This document shows positions 18,867 to 29,300 of a DNA stretch of 64,000 nucleotides, piece after piece; positions within the stretch are counted from its first letter, which is position 1; every line of letters begins with the position of its first letter. A program made the position numbers and the translations under genes. Source of the DNA: Candidatus Poribacteria bacterium (GTDB taxonomy: Bacteria; Poribacteria; WGA-4E; PCPOR2b). The notes under the pieces were generated by a model. It searched no databases, was not told where the DNA came from, and was given only the letters and a program-made list of their open reading frames with translations. The DNA lies in NCBI GenBank assembly GCA_965208325.1, contig OZ242326.1, positions 2,048,001-2,112,000 on the forward strand, in the 5' to 3' direction.

Positions 18867-19643
18867 ATGACAGCGCATATAACGGCGACACACGAAATTG
18901 AATCGGCGATTCACCACTTGGACACGTATGGCTATTGCATTCTCACGAGCCGAATGCCGGTGGATGTTGCCGGTGAGATTGCCGAACGCTGCTTGGAGAT
19001 GCAGGACGACCCGCAGTACCAAGCCTACAACTCCGGAAATCCCAATGAAAGCACGACAATGTCGGGTATGTACAACTTGGATGATCGGGTGTGGCAATTC
19101 TTGACTCACCCGGACGTGCTAGCGATTGCATACCACTTCCTCGGCTCGGATTGCCGGGTTACCGAGGTATGCGCCAAGCCGATTTGGCCCGGGTCGCTTG
19201 GATACGGTCTGCACGTCGATGAAGCCAATTTTTTTCACAAGGTACCGAACGTTCCGTGGCTAATTAACACCATGTGGATGCTCACCGATTTCACGGAGAA
19301 AAATGGCGCCACTGCAGTTGTTCCGATGAGCCACAAATGCCATTTTAAGCAACAGCCGACTGAAATTCCGTTTGAGAGTCCACTTGTGAAAATCGCTACC
19401 GGTCAGCCGGGTTCAGTGCTTCTGTGGCACGGCGGCACACTCCATACTGCTACGCCCAACACGGGAGATGGGGTTCGCGTGGGACTAAATATCGCGTATC
19501 ACGCACGATGGTTCAATCATTACGTCAATACTCACATTGAACCAATCTGGGCTGAGACATACGTACGTATGCCGCCGGAGATGCAAAAACTTTTTACCTT
19601 GCGGCGCGGCAGGACAAAATCTGAAATTTATGAGGTGGGCTAG
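18867..19643 (+). CDS. Phytanoyl-CoA dioxygenase (PhyH) family Fe(II)/2OG dioxygenase
   Basis: LDTYGYCIL, LHVD (HxD), WMLTDFTEKNGAT.VVP.SH, LWHGGTLH. Confidence 0.92.
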   Translation: MTAHITATHEIESAIHHLDTYGYCILTSRMPVDVAGEIAERCLEMQDDPQYQAYNSGNPNESTTMSGMYNLDDRVWQFLTHPDVLAIAYHFLGSDCRVTEVCAKPIWPGSLGYGLHVDEANFFHKVPNVPWLINTMWMLTDFTEKNGATAVVPMSHKCHFKQQPTEIPFESPLVKIATGQPGSVLLWHGGTLHTATPNTGDGVRVGLNIAYHARWFNHYVNTHIEPIWAETYVRMPPEMQKLFTLRRGRTKSEIYEVG

Positions 19644-19747
19644 ATTCCGCATACTTTCGGATTCACAGGGATTTGCAATTTCAGAAGGTTGGCGCGAAAT
19701 AATTTTTGGATTCCTCCGCAGTTGGCGCGATTGTGTGTTTTCTATGC

Positions 19748-19777
19748 TTGACACATTTTCGAGAAATATGGTATATT
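19748..19777 (+). promoter_or_regulatory. sigma70-type promoter of the rpsB-tsf operon
   Basis: TTGACA-18 nt-TATATT with an extended TG before the -10 box. Confidence 0.6.
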
Positions 19778-19805
19778 TTGTGTTTTGCGTGGTCTTTAAC
19801 AATAA

Positions 19806-19885
19806 GCGCACTTCCTAATTTCACAATGGGTGCTCAGTTTTTTTCGGAGTTGGATGTGAACGCGAGGGAAGTGTAAGAAAAACCC
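19806..19885 (+). ncRNA. rpsB (S2/t44-like) leader RNA
   Basis: GCACTTCC/GGAAGTGT and TTCACA/TGTGAA stems, with internal GGGT complementary to downstream ACCC, in the rpsB 5' UTR. Confidence 0.6.
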
Positions 19886-19904
19886 AAAGATTAAGGAGGA
19901 TTTT

Positions 19905-20693
19905 TTGACAGTTACAATGAAAGAACTCCTGGAAGCAGGGGTTCATTTTGGCCATCAGACACGACGCTGGAATCCCAAAATGGCAAAGTACATATTTGCC
20001 GAACGAAATGGGATTTACATCATCGATCTTCAAAAAACCTTGGCATTGCTCAAAAAGGCGTGTGAATTCCTGCAGGAAGTTGCTGCCGGCGGCGGCGCGG
20101 TGTTATTTGTCGGCACCAAAAAGCAATCTCAGGAAACCGTGGTGGAAGAAGCCACGAGATGTAAAATGTTCTATGTTAACCATCGCTGGTTAGGCGGCAT
20201 GCTTACAAATTTTGAAACTATTAGGCGCAGCAGTGACCGATTGAAAAAACTTGAAACTGATGAGGAGAGCGGTCAATTTGAGAAACTCCCGAAAAAGGAA
20301 GCTATGCAGTTAAGGCGTGAGAAGATTAAGCTGAACAATAACCTCGCGGGAATCAAGACAATGGGGCGCCTTCCCGAAGCTGTGATTGTCACCGATGTCC
20401 GCAAGGAACAGACGGCCGTCCGGGAAGCGAATAAGCTTGGCGTTCCGGTGATTGCAATAGTTGATACGAACTGGGATCCAGACCCGGTTGATTTTCCAAT
20501 TCCTGGGAATGACGACGCCATTCGCGCAATTAAGCTAATCTGTTCTGTCCTCGCTAGCGCGATTATCGAAGGACGAGGGGATGCCTTGCAGGGTGCGGAT
20601 GACATAGAAATGCCGCAGCCGGAAGACGCGGCACCTACGCCAACGAGCGATGAGAAAGCTGAAGAGGAAACATCGCAACCAGACGGAGAATGA
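19905..20693 (+). CDS. rpsB: 30S ribosomal protein S2
   Basis: [38 protein letters not shown]. Confidence 0.99.
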   Translation: MTVTMKELLEAGVHFGHQTRRWNPKMAKYIFAERNGIYIIDLQKTLALLKKACEFLQEVAAGGGAVLFVGTKKQSQETVVEEATRCKMFYVNHRWLGGMLTNFETIRRSSDRLKKLETDEESGQFEKLPKKEAMQLRREKIKLNNNLAGIKTMGRLPEAVIVTDVRKEQTAVREANKLGVPVIAIVDTNWDPDPVDFPIPGNDDAIRAIKLICSVLASAIIEGRGDALQGADDIEMPQPEDAAPTPTSDEKAEEETSQPDGE

Positions 20694-20827
20694 TAAATTA
20701 CACTTCCTGGCTGGACTCACCTCGTTGGATAAGATAACTTCTCGAAAGACACCCCAGATAGAAAAGCAAGCCGATTCAAAGCTTGGCAATGGTTTCTGTC
20801 AAAACCGAACGGAGGATTAAAAATTTA

Positions 20828-21427
20828 ATGAATATTACCGCAAAAATGGTCAGTGAGTTGCGTGCGCGTACGAGCGCCGGGATTATGGATTGTAAGCAAG
20901 CCTTAATAAAATCTAACGGCGACCTAGAAGCTGCTATTCAATACTTACGGGAAAAAGGGCTGAAAGCGACGGAACTAAAGAGCGCGCGCACGGCATCTGA
21001 GGGACTCATCGTATCATACATACATCCCGGCAACAGAATCGGCTCACTGGTTGAACTGAACTGTGAAACTGATTTCGTCGCACGGACGGAACAATTCCAG
21101 AAACTGGCAAAGGACATTGCGATGCAGGTGGCAGCATCCAAACCGAAGTACGTTAGCAAAGCGGATGTTCCGGAAAGCGCTTTGGAATCCGAAAAAGTAA
21201 TTCTGAGAAAACAGGCTATGGATGAAGGCAAGCCGGAACACATCGCTGACAAAATAGTTGAAGGACGGATTTCAAAGTTCTATTCCGAAGTTTGCTTGCT
21301 AGAACAGCCTTACATTCGGGACACCGATAAAAGTGTCAGGCAACTTATCCAAGAAGGCGTAGCGCAACTTGGAGAGAACATTGTAGTTGGGCGATTTACA
21401 CTTTATGTGTTGGCGCAGAGTGAATAA
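20828..21427 (+). CDS. tsf: Elongation factor Ts (short form)
   Basis: ELR.RTSAGIMDCK.AL, VELNCETDFVA, LGENIVVGRF. Confidence 0.98.
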   Translation: MNITAKMVSELRARTSAGIMDCKQALIKSNGDLEAAIQYLREKGLKATELKSARTASEGLIVSYIHPGNRIGSLVELNCETDFVARTEQFQKLAKDIAMQVAASKPKYVSKADVPESALESEKVILRKQAMDEGKPEHIADKIVEGRISKFYSEVCLLEQPYIRDTDKSVRQLIQEGVAQLGENIVVGRFTLYVLAQSE

Positions 21428-21643
21428 ACATACCGGACGAGTATGGCGCCTTGACACGGGTGTTTTTGTTCAATCCGAAGCGTTGGCGGCGGCGCATCGC
21501 CACGCTGGCTGAATGTAAATGCCTAAAGCGTGTTGGTAACCGGCACGGTGAATATTATGTAGATTTTATGATTTGTGCATAGGATGTACCAGCCTTCTTA
21601 GATAACGTGCTGAAATAGCATCCTTAAGATGAGGAGTTTCCAC

Positions 21644-22228
21644 ATGTCTGAAACGATTATTCGTAATGCAGAGATGCGAATGAAAAAAGCGGTAGAGTCC
21701 ACGGCAAATAATTTTGCACGGGTACAGACAGGGAGAGCTTCCCCCTCGTTGTTGGACGGTGTGTTTGTCGAATATTACGGAACGAAGAATCCCATAAATC
21801 AGGTTGCAACTATCACGGCGCCCGAACCCCGCGTTATTATGATCCAACCTTGGGATAAGACGGTTAGCAAGGAGATTGAAAAGGCGATATCCCGATCGGA
21901 TTTGGGTTTGAATCCGAATAGTGACGGCAATGTTATCCGTATACAAGTGCCTGAACTGACAACGGAGCGGCGAAAAGAGCTGGCGAAATATGTCAGCAAG
22001 TTAGCTGAAGACGGCCGCATCGCAATTAGGAATATTCGGCGTGATGCGAATGACGCCATTAAAAAGCTCGACAAATCGGACGCTACATCGAAAGGCAGGA
22101 AGGGAAAAGAAAGGGGCGGGGAAAAGAGAAAAGGCGACGATGATCCGGTGCAAAAGATAACGGATAAGTATATTGATCAGATTAGCCAGCTACTGAAATC
22201 GAAAGAAGTGGAACTCATGGAGTTGTAG
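21644..22228 (+). CDS. frr: Ribosome recycling factor
   Basis: TGRASPSLLD, LGLNP..DG, LT.ERRKEL, AIRNIRRDAN. Confidence 0.97.
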   Translation: MSETIIRNAEMRMKKAVESTANNFARVQTGRASPSLLDGVFVEYYGTKNPINQVATITAPEPRVIMIQPWDKTVSKEIEKAISRSDLGLNPNSDGNVIRIQVPELTTERRKELAKYVSKLAEDGRIAIRNIRRDANDAIKKLDKSDATSKGRKGKERGGEKRKGDDDPVQKITDKYIDQISQLLKSKEVELMEL

Positions 22229-22471
22229 GCATCTCGCCTTAACGCTACCTTGATGTGCGTCGCCCACACGGATGAAAGTCTGAATTCACAATTCTGTAGA
22301 GGAACGTTCCCCTCGTGTAGAACCAGAATCAAACTAAGCGATTTTTTAAACCTAAGATGTAACGTGCAAAGATAGGTCAGTTGGAATTTGTGCATGGGTG
22401 CATATTCCGGCCGATTCGTTCTGTTATGACCGCATGACTCACTTTTCCCATGACTGTACCGTCCCTAACCG

Positions 22472-23293
22472 ATGTTCTGGAAGCGAGCAGTCAGTTGCGC
22501 CATCCTAATCCCTATCGTCATCTTCGCTGTTCAGTGGAGCGATCCCCGTCTTTATTTCGCTCTGGTAATCGGCGTAACGTTCCTCATGCTGGTCGAATTC
22601 AGCCGATTATGCAAGTCAATCGGTTTGACAGAGATTCGGGTTGCTGTCGTAGCATCAGGAATCCTATTTTGTGCGTCAGCACTCATTGACCGTCTTGCCG
22701 TTGAATTTGTTCTCGCCCTTACGCTTTTTTTAGCCTTCGCCTTCCAAATTCTTCATCGCCAAATTAACAGCGCATTCATGGCAATAACGACCACCATAAC
22801 GGGTGCGGTTTATATCGGCTGGATGTTTGGGTATCATCTGATATTGCTGCGAAAATTAAACGATTCTTCGGGCGAGTCAGTTGGCAGCGAATTAATTTTA
22901 TTCCTAGTTGTAGTTACGTGGTGCGGTGACACAGCCGCCTATATCTTGGGAAGATGGTTGGGCAAACACAAATTGATTCCCCAAATCAGTCCTGGAAAAA
23001 CGGTTGAAGGCACCATTGCCGGCTTGTGTATTGGCGCAATTGGCGGTCTTGTTATTTGGCATTTATTGCTTGAAGAGATGTTCGGTCCTGTGCACGCATT
23101 GGGTCTTGGAATACTGCTAGGAATTGTGAGCCAAATCAGCGACTTAAGCGAATCAATTGTCAAACGTACCGCTGATGCCAAAGATTCAGGTACCCTGATA
23201 CCAGGGCATGGCGGATTTCTTGATCGCTGTGACAGTTTGATTTTTTCCGCCCCAACCCTTTATTACTACTTTCAATATGCCATCCACGCTTGA
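22472..23293 (+). CDS. cdsA: Phosphatidate cytidylyltransferase
   Basis: DTAAY..G, ISPGKTVEG, DL.ES.VKR...AKDSG.LIPGHGG.LDRCDS. Confidence 0.96.
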   Translation: MFWKRAVSCAILIPIVIFAVQWSDPRLYFALVIGVTFLMLVEFSRLCKSIGLTEIRVAVVASGILFCASALIDRLAVEFVLALTLFLAFAFQILHRQINSAFMAITTTITGAVYIGWMFGYHLILLRKLNDSSGESVGSELILFLVVVTWCGDTAAYILGRWLGKHKLIPQISPGKTVEGTIAGLCIGAIGGLVIWHLLLEEMFGPVHALGLGILLGIVSQISDLSESIVKRTADAKDSGTLIPGHGGFLDRCDSLIFSAPTLYYYFQYAIHA

Positions 23294-23307
23294 TTGGTAG
23301 GTTCGAT

Positions 23308-24486
23308 ATGAAACGCTTGGCGATTCTAGGTTCAACGGGGTCAATTGGAAAAAGTGCGCTCTCCGTTGTCCAAACCCATCCTGGCAAGTTCACGATTGCT
23401 GGACTTGCTGCTAATACTTCGGTTGACCTACTAGAACAGCAGATTCGCCAATTTCGCCCTAGACTTGCGGCATTAAACGATAGTGACACCGCTAATCAGC
23501 TTCGGGAACGCTTGACGGACTTGAAATCTGTTGAAGTGCTTTCAGGTAAAGAAGGGGTGTTAGCGATAGCGAGGATGGAGGAAGTCGACTTGGTTATCGA
23601 GGCCATCGGAGGGAGCGCAGGATTGCTGCCGACGTTGGAAGCGATTCAAACTGGCAAGGATTTGGCGTTCGTCAACAAAGAAGTGTTAGTCATGTGCGGT
23701 TCTTTGGTTATGAGTGCGGTCGAAGAGTATGGTGTCAATCTGTTGCCTGTCGATAGCGAAATTAGCGCGATTCTCCAATGCCTTGCTGGTAGGCTAAGCG
23801 ATAATCCACAAGAACGCAACCAGATTAATCGCCTCATTCTAACAGCTTCCGGCGGCCCATTCCGCCAAACACCTCTAGATCAACTCCATTCCGTGACGCC
23901 CCAACAGGCACTGAAGCATCCCACGTGGAACATGGGGAATAAAATCACGATTGACTCGGCAACGATGATGAACAAGGGACTGGAAGTCATCGAAGCGAGA
24001 TGGTTATTTGACATAGAACCGTCACAGATTGATGTGATAGTTCAGCCGGAAAGTATCATCCATTCAATGGTCGAATTTGTGGATGGCTCCTACCTAGCTC
24101 AACTGAGCGTCGCCGATATGCGGGTTCCGATCCAATACGCTTTAACTTATCCCCGCCATCTGCCGACCCCTGCTCCGAATCTTGACCTTGCTCAAATCCG
24201 CAAACTACATTTCGAACCTGTTGATTTCGAGAAGTTTCCCTGCCTGTCGCACGCTTATACTGCCGCCAAAGTTGGCGGGACACTGCCCACCGTTCTTAGC
24301 AGCGCCGATGAGGTTGCGGTCAGTGCTTTTCTAAATGAGCACATCGGGTTTATGGACATACCGACGATTATTGAAACTGTCATGAATCAACATGACGTAG
24401 AACTTGAACCGAACCTCAATGATATTCTAGCTGCCGACCGGTGGGCAAAATCCACCGCCCATCAGTTAATCCAGAGCCTGTATTAA
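23308..24486 (+). CDS. dxr: 1-deoxy-D-xylulose-5-phosphate reductoisomerase
   Basis: ILGSTGSIG, PVDSE, LTASGGPFR, HPTW.MG.KITIDSATMMNKGLEVIEA. Confidence 0.98.
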   Translation: MKRLAILGSTGSIGKSALSVVQTHPGKFTIAGLAANTSVDLLEQQIRQFRPRLAALNDSDTANQLRERLTDLKSVEVLSGKEGVLAIARMEEVDLVIEAIGGSAGLLPTLEAIQTGKDLAFVNKEVLVMCGSLVMSAVEEYGVNLLPVDSEISAILQCLAGRLSDNPQERNQINRLILTASGGPFRQTPLDQLHSVTPQQALKHPTWNMGNKITIDSATMMNKGLEVIEARWLFDIEPSQIDVIVQPESIIHSMVEFVDGSYLAQLSVADMRVPIQYALTYPRHLPTPAPNLDLAQIRKLHFEPVDFEKFPCLSHAYTAAKVGGTLPTVLSSADEVAVSAFLNEHIGFMDIPTIIETVMNQHDVELEPNLNDILAADRWAKSTAHQLIQSLY

Positions 24487-24531
24487 GTTCTGTTGTCGAT
24501 AGCGTGCATGCTTTGCGACAGTGTGATTAAA

Positions 24532-27500
24532 TCATTCCCCGCTGCTGCCACTGCCAGTACGCCGAGGAATGCCCTGTGATTTCATGTAGGATGTGATTGA
24601 CGCGATTTGCTGTTGAGCTCGCCTTAACACTTTGTTGACCTGCGGACTTACCGGAGGTTCTATCTCGTATTTTTTCCAGAGCTTGTCAAACCAATCGAGT
24701 GCATCGTTGTAATAGTTATCGTCTTGGTCAGCCAACACCATGTAAGCTTCCCCGATTTGGGCAAGAGAGAGATCTCCGTATTTGGTGTTGGGATAAGCAT
24801 TGATGATTTCGTTGAATTCAGCAATTACTTTTTCAAGCGCCGGCTTTTGAGCATCACCACGTGTCCCCTTTGCTTTGTCAAAATTATCACTGGTTTGAAT
24901 ATAGAATGAACTTGCGAGCGCCGTTTCCGTTTCCACCAGATATCCTGAAGCAGTATTTTTGGAATCCTGATCGATACCCGGCACTTTCAATGCCCGGCGG
25001 TATTGCTCGACAGCCAAGTCGTAGAGACGGATGCGCTCGGCATTTTCCATATCTTGTACCGAACCTTGGTTAAAATAATCGTTTCCGAGGTTGATGAACG
25101 CTTGAGCGGCGTAGGGGGTATCTGGGTAGTTCTTTGCGAGAATCTCGTTTATATCAAAGATTTTCGCATTCCATTTTTCCTTCATTTCCGCATCGTCCCC
25201 CGCGTCTTCAGCCAAACGTGAATAACTGGCAGAAATCGCGTTAAGCGATTCGGCTGCTTTTTCATGCTGCGGACTCAAGCCGCGGACTTTTCCATACTCA
25301 TCAATTGCCTTCAGGAACTTCTGAGCGGCGAAGTAAGATTCTCCTGCCTGATATTGCCACAATGGCGCATCCCCTGCATTTGGGAAGCGGCGAACCAGTT
25401 CTTTGAACGAAGGCACGGCTCGTTCAAAGTAGGCTACGGTTTGATCGGAATATTCAGCATCCAGCCCGAGTTGAATTCGACCGAGTTCAAAATAGGCGGA
25501 TCCAATGTATGTCAATGCAGTCATGATATTGTCCGTCAATTCATTCGAGGCTGGAAAAATCCCTTTATCGACATAGTCCATGAAGAGCGTCAACGCATCG
25601 GTTGCCGTTTCAAGATCGACTTTTGGCTCTTCCGTCAGTTTAATCTGAGAACCAATCGAATAGGAAATCTGACCTGCTTGGAAAAGCGCATTTTGGACAA
25701 ACGGAATCACTGCCTTCTCAGCATTTTCAATCGGCGCAGCGATTTCATGGACTTTCAAGTAAGTCGCAGCAGCTTCTCGGCTTCCAAGGATATACGGTTT
25801 CATATCGGCGCCCACTTGATCTGAAAAGAGCTGATACGCCCTGTCGAAATATAAGAAACCAAGATTATACTGGGCGGACACTTTCTGCGGTACCGTTTGG
25901 GCAGCCTGCCGCGCCATCTCAGCCTGAGCGATTGCCTCGTCTAATCGACCCAATTTCACATACAGGTCCGATTTACGAATTCCAGCGTCTGCCACCATTG
26001 CTTGAATGTTTTTGTCGGATTCATTGGCAAAATCGGTCGTAACAACCTCATATGCCTGTAATGCGTTTTCAAGCTCGGTTAGCTTCGTTTCATAAATCAA
26101 CCCTGAACGATAGTACGACTGTGCTTTAACGAGTGCATCGCCTACCAATTGAACGGCGTTCTGGTAGTTGAGCAAAGCATCACTATACTGTTGCAGATGC
26201 GCGTCTTGCGCATAAGCCATTGCGAAATAAGAGCGCCCCTTGCGGTCAGCGTCATCCGTATTTTGGATAACATGCTGATATTCTTCGACAGCGGCGGCAT
26301 GATTTCCGACAGACGTATTCAATTCCGCAAGCCGAGTGTGAGCTTGATGGATTAAACTCTGACGCGCCTCATCTTCAGTTTGTCCTTCATACGCGGTTGT
26401 TTTCTGGAAGGCTTCGATTGCCCCCATCGAATCATCCAAACCAAATCTTGCAAGCCCCAAAGTGTAGTAGGCACTAATCATGGCATCAACACCGGGATTT
26501 GTCTCGACTGCTTGCATAGCATAATTGGCAGAATTTTGGAATGACAATTTTTTGGTGCCATCGTCCGAAGCGTCTTGCCCTAACTGATAATAACATACCG
26601 CGATTTGGTACAACGCATTTTTCAAAAGTTCATTGCCTGGGAACATCTCAACGAACATTTGGTATTCGGGAATTGCTTTTTCATACTCCTTAGCACTGTA
26701 AAGCGAATGTCCAACCTTTAACTGTGCGCGTGAGCGAGCGTCTTCGGGCGCTGCCGTATTATTTGCAATGCGCTTGAGACTCGCTAGGTGCGCAGCCATA
26801 TCCTCTTCGGATTCAATACCTTGCTGTTCGATTGCAGTGGCTTTTACGAGGTCTATATGACCTAGCGTCTTTCTAATTTTGTCGTCGTCGCTGTTCCCGT
26901 ATTTGGCAGCGGCGAGGTCGGCGACTTCAAGTACATTCGGCCACAAAGAGGCATCACCCTGTTTAGCCAAATCGCGATAAGCGAGGACAAGGCCATAGTA
27001 ACCCTCAATAGCATTTGGGCTGTCACCGTATTGCTCAATGACTTTTTGGAATGCAACGACGGATTTTTCTAGTAAGGCTGAATCGTCGTCCGCCGCTTTA
27101 TAGTAACAAAGCCCAATCAGGTATTGCGCGTCGTCTGCATATTCACCCTCTGGGTTTCTAGCAACAATACTTTCGTATTGAACAGCAGCTTCAGCGAATC
27201 GTCCTTCGGAACGCAGCAGGTCAGCCAGCTTAATCTCGGCTAGTGAGCGGTTATCTGGGCTCAACGAGTCAAGAATTGATTGGTATGCTGCCACAGCTTG
27301 CGACGGATTGCCTTCCCTGACGTGGCTTTGTGCGATTAATAACTGTGCCCGCTCGTAATTTTCACTACCGGACGGGATGGATGCGTAGAGTGCACGCGCA
27401 TCGTTCCACTGATCCAGTTTTTCATGCGCAAGTGCTTGGTTCATTTTGCAAGCCTCAACCTGCTGTGGACGTTCCGCAAAGTCGTCATAGCGGCCATCTT

Positions 27501-29211
27501 CAACACCACCTACAAACGCTTCGTCATTGAACCTATCTATTGCTTCTTGATAGGCGACGATTGAATTCTGCAGCAGTGATTCATTGAACACAGCGTCAGA
27601 ATCTCCTTCACGGTAATCTGCCGGTTTGCTAGCTTCGTAGTAAGCACGCCCTTCCTGAAATTTTCCAATCAACTTAATGGTGTGAAATTTCGGCAACTCC
27701 GGATATGCCCAAAGTTTTGCATATTCTGCTGCCGCTTCGGCATATTGTTTGAAGTCGTTAAATTTCATCTCAGCGAACTTAAGCTGCACTTCGGCTGCGA
27801 GAATATCGAACTCCGGATCGGCGCGGTGTTTATCTATAAATTCGCGTGCGACCCTTTCGAGTTCATCCTTTCGTCCGAGATCGTTCAATGCCCAAATTGC
27901 GCCGTAGAGTGCATGAGGCGCAACGGGATCTGTTGGGAATTCATCAATCGCTGTTTGATACCACTGCAGAGCCGTTTCAAAGTATCCTACCGCTTGATCG
28001 TTCTGACCGGAGAGTTTCAGATTAGTTGCCAATTTATAGTGGGATTCGCCCATTTGATAAGTAACATAGGGCTTAAAGTCAGTATGATCGGGGTGTTCAT
28101 CAAGGACGCGCTGGTATGCCGCGACCGCTTCATTCCAGTCTTGCAGCTTGAAGTAGCTATCTGCGATTCCCAACTTGCCCTCAGCGACGAAGTTGCTTTC
28201 AGGATACTCTTCCAGCAGCTTATTATAAGATACAATAGCATTTGGATAATCTTCTTGATCGTAATACGTGCGGCCAATCGTCGCCTGAATTTCAGCCTGA
28301 AGATCGCGGTCTTCCGTGTTTTGCAAAGCGAGTTCATAGTTGACTCGGGCGTTGTCATAGTCTCTCTGTTTCGCGTAAATCGTACCCATATCGAAGTATG
28401 CCGCGGTGACGTATTGGCTATCGGGGAATTTCGTAATGAATGTCGAGTAGCGCCCAATGGCTTCTTCATCACGGGCAAGTTGGTTCAAACAGAAAGCCGC
28501 TTTATACATCGCTTCTGCTTGCAACTCCGGGTAATTCTTAAATTCTTCGGTGGCCAGCTTGTCGAATTCCTGATAAGATTGCTCGTAGTTTTTTTCATTA
28601 AGAAAAGATTGGGCAATTAGATGCTGTGCGTCATCTTTGAAATCCGAGTTTGGAAACCCGTCGAGCACCTCCTTAAATGCATGGCGGGATTCTTCATACT
28701 TTTGCAGCTTATAGTTAAGTTGGCCGATTGCGTACCAGGCGTTTTCAACAAACAAGCTATTTGGGAAGGTTTCGATTAACGCCTGAAATTTGGGTTCTGA
28801 TAGCTCGAATTTTTCTTGCTTGTAAAGAATATGCCCCCAGAGGTAAGTTATACCCTCTTGGTGTTTGGGCACGCTCGCGTCCGCGGCAACTTTTTCAATA
28901 TATTCTACCGCCGTGTCATAGTAGTTAACATCTCCCGATTGTTCGGCCCATTTGGAATAGCTGACCGCAATCTTGTAATGTGCGAGTGTGTGGAAATCCC
29001 TATCAATGACTTCAGTTTTAACGCCCCATTTTATTGATTCTTCAAGGGCTTGGTTATATCCATCGATGGCGCGTTCATAATCAGCTTGGCTAAAGTGTTC
29101 CTCTGCATCATTATATAACCGTTCGACCTTCTTGGAACTGCCGGATGGCCAAAACAGAACAGCGAGTAAAGCAACTCCGCCAAGTATTCCTAGTGTTTTC
29201 GGGTTCATCAC
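24532..29211 (-). CDS. Giant (1559-aa) exported/membrane-anchored TPR protein
   Basis: N-terminal signal/TM segment; continuous acidic TPR units of YfiO/CpoB style (FP.S...A.Y..G..Y). Confidence 0.88.
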   Translation of the reverse strand: MMNPKTLGILGGVALLAVLFWPSGSSKKVERLYNDAEEHFSQADYERAIDGYNQALEESIKWGVKTEVIDRDFHTLAHYKIAVSYSKWAEQSGDVNYYDTAVEYIEKVAADASVPKHQEGITYLWGHILYKQEKFELSEPKFQALIETFPNSLFVENAWYAIGQLNYKLQKYEESRHAFKEVLDGFPNSDFKDDAQHLIAQSFLNEKNYEQSYQEFDKLATEEFKNYPELQAEAMYKAAFCLNQLARDEEAIGRYSTFITKFPDSQYVTAAYFDMGTIYAKQRDYDNARVNYELALQNTEDRDLQAEIQATIGRTYYDQEDYPNAIVSYNKLLEEYPESNFVAEGKLGIADSYFKLQDWNEAVAAYQRVLDEHPDHTDFKPYVTYQMGESHYKLATNLKLSGQNDQAVGYFETALQWYQTAIDEFPTDPVAPHALYGAIWALNDLGRKDELERVAREFIDKHRADPEFDILAAEVQLKFAEMKFNDFKQYAEAAAEYAKLWAYPELPKFHTIKLIGKFQEGRAYYEASKPADYREGDSDAVFNESLLQNSIVAYQEAIDRFNDEAFVGGVEDGRYDDFAERPQQVEACKMNQALAHEKLDQWNDARALYASIPSGSENYERAQLLIAQSHVREGNPSQAVAAYQSILDSLSPDNRSLAEIKLADLLRSEGRFAEAAVQYESIVARNPEGEYADDAQYLIGLCYYKAADDDSALLEKSVVAFQKVIEQYGDSPNAIEGYYGLVLAYRDLAKQGDASLWPNVLEVADLAAAKYGNSDDDKIRKTLGHIDLVKATAIEQQGIESEEDMAAHLASLKRIANNTAAPEDARSRAQLKVGHSLYSAKEYEKAIPEYQMFVEMFPGNELLKNALYQIAVCYYQLGQDASDDGTKKLSFQNSANYAMQAVETNPGVDAMISAYYTLGLARFGLDDSMGAIEAFQKTTAYEGQTEDEARQSLIHQAHTRLAELNTSVGNHAAAVEEYQHVIQNTDDADRKGRSYFAMAYAQDAHLQQYSDALLNYQNAVQLVGDALVKAQSYYRSGLIYETKLTELENALQAYEVVTTDFANESDKNIQAMVADAGIRKSDLYVKLGRLDEAIAQAEMARQAAQTVPQKVSAQYNLGFLYFDRAYQLFSDQVGADMKPYILGSREAAATYLKVHEIAAPIENAEKAVIPFVQNALFQAGQISYSIGSQIKLTEEPKVDLETATDALTLFMDYVDKGIFPASNELTDNIMTALTYIGSAYFELGRIQLGLDAEYSDQTVAYFERAVPSFKELVRRFPNAGDAPLWQYQAGESYFAAQKFLKAIDEYGKVRGLSPQHEKAAESLNAISASYSRLAEDAGDDAEMKEKWNAKIFDINEILAKNYPDTPYAAQAFINLGNDYFNQGSVQDMENAERIRLYDLAVEQYRRALKVPGIDQDSKNTASGYLVETETALASSFYIQTSDNFDKAKGTRGDAQKPALEKVIAEFNEIINAYPNTKYGDLSLAQIGEAYMVLADQDDNYYNDALDWFDKLWKKYEIEPPVSPQVNKVLRRAQQQIASITSYMKSQGIPRRTGSGSSGE

Positions 29212-29300
29212 AATCTCCTTTTGAGTTTTAAGTTAAGCATAAGGTATTAAGAGGCGTTAACGTCTATCACCTCGTAGCTTCAGCTAAAGTATTTGCAGGG

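Noticed and set aside
27682..28620. 312-aa plus-strand ORF
   Set aside because: Antisense shadow of the giant TPR gene; no recognisable motifs
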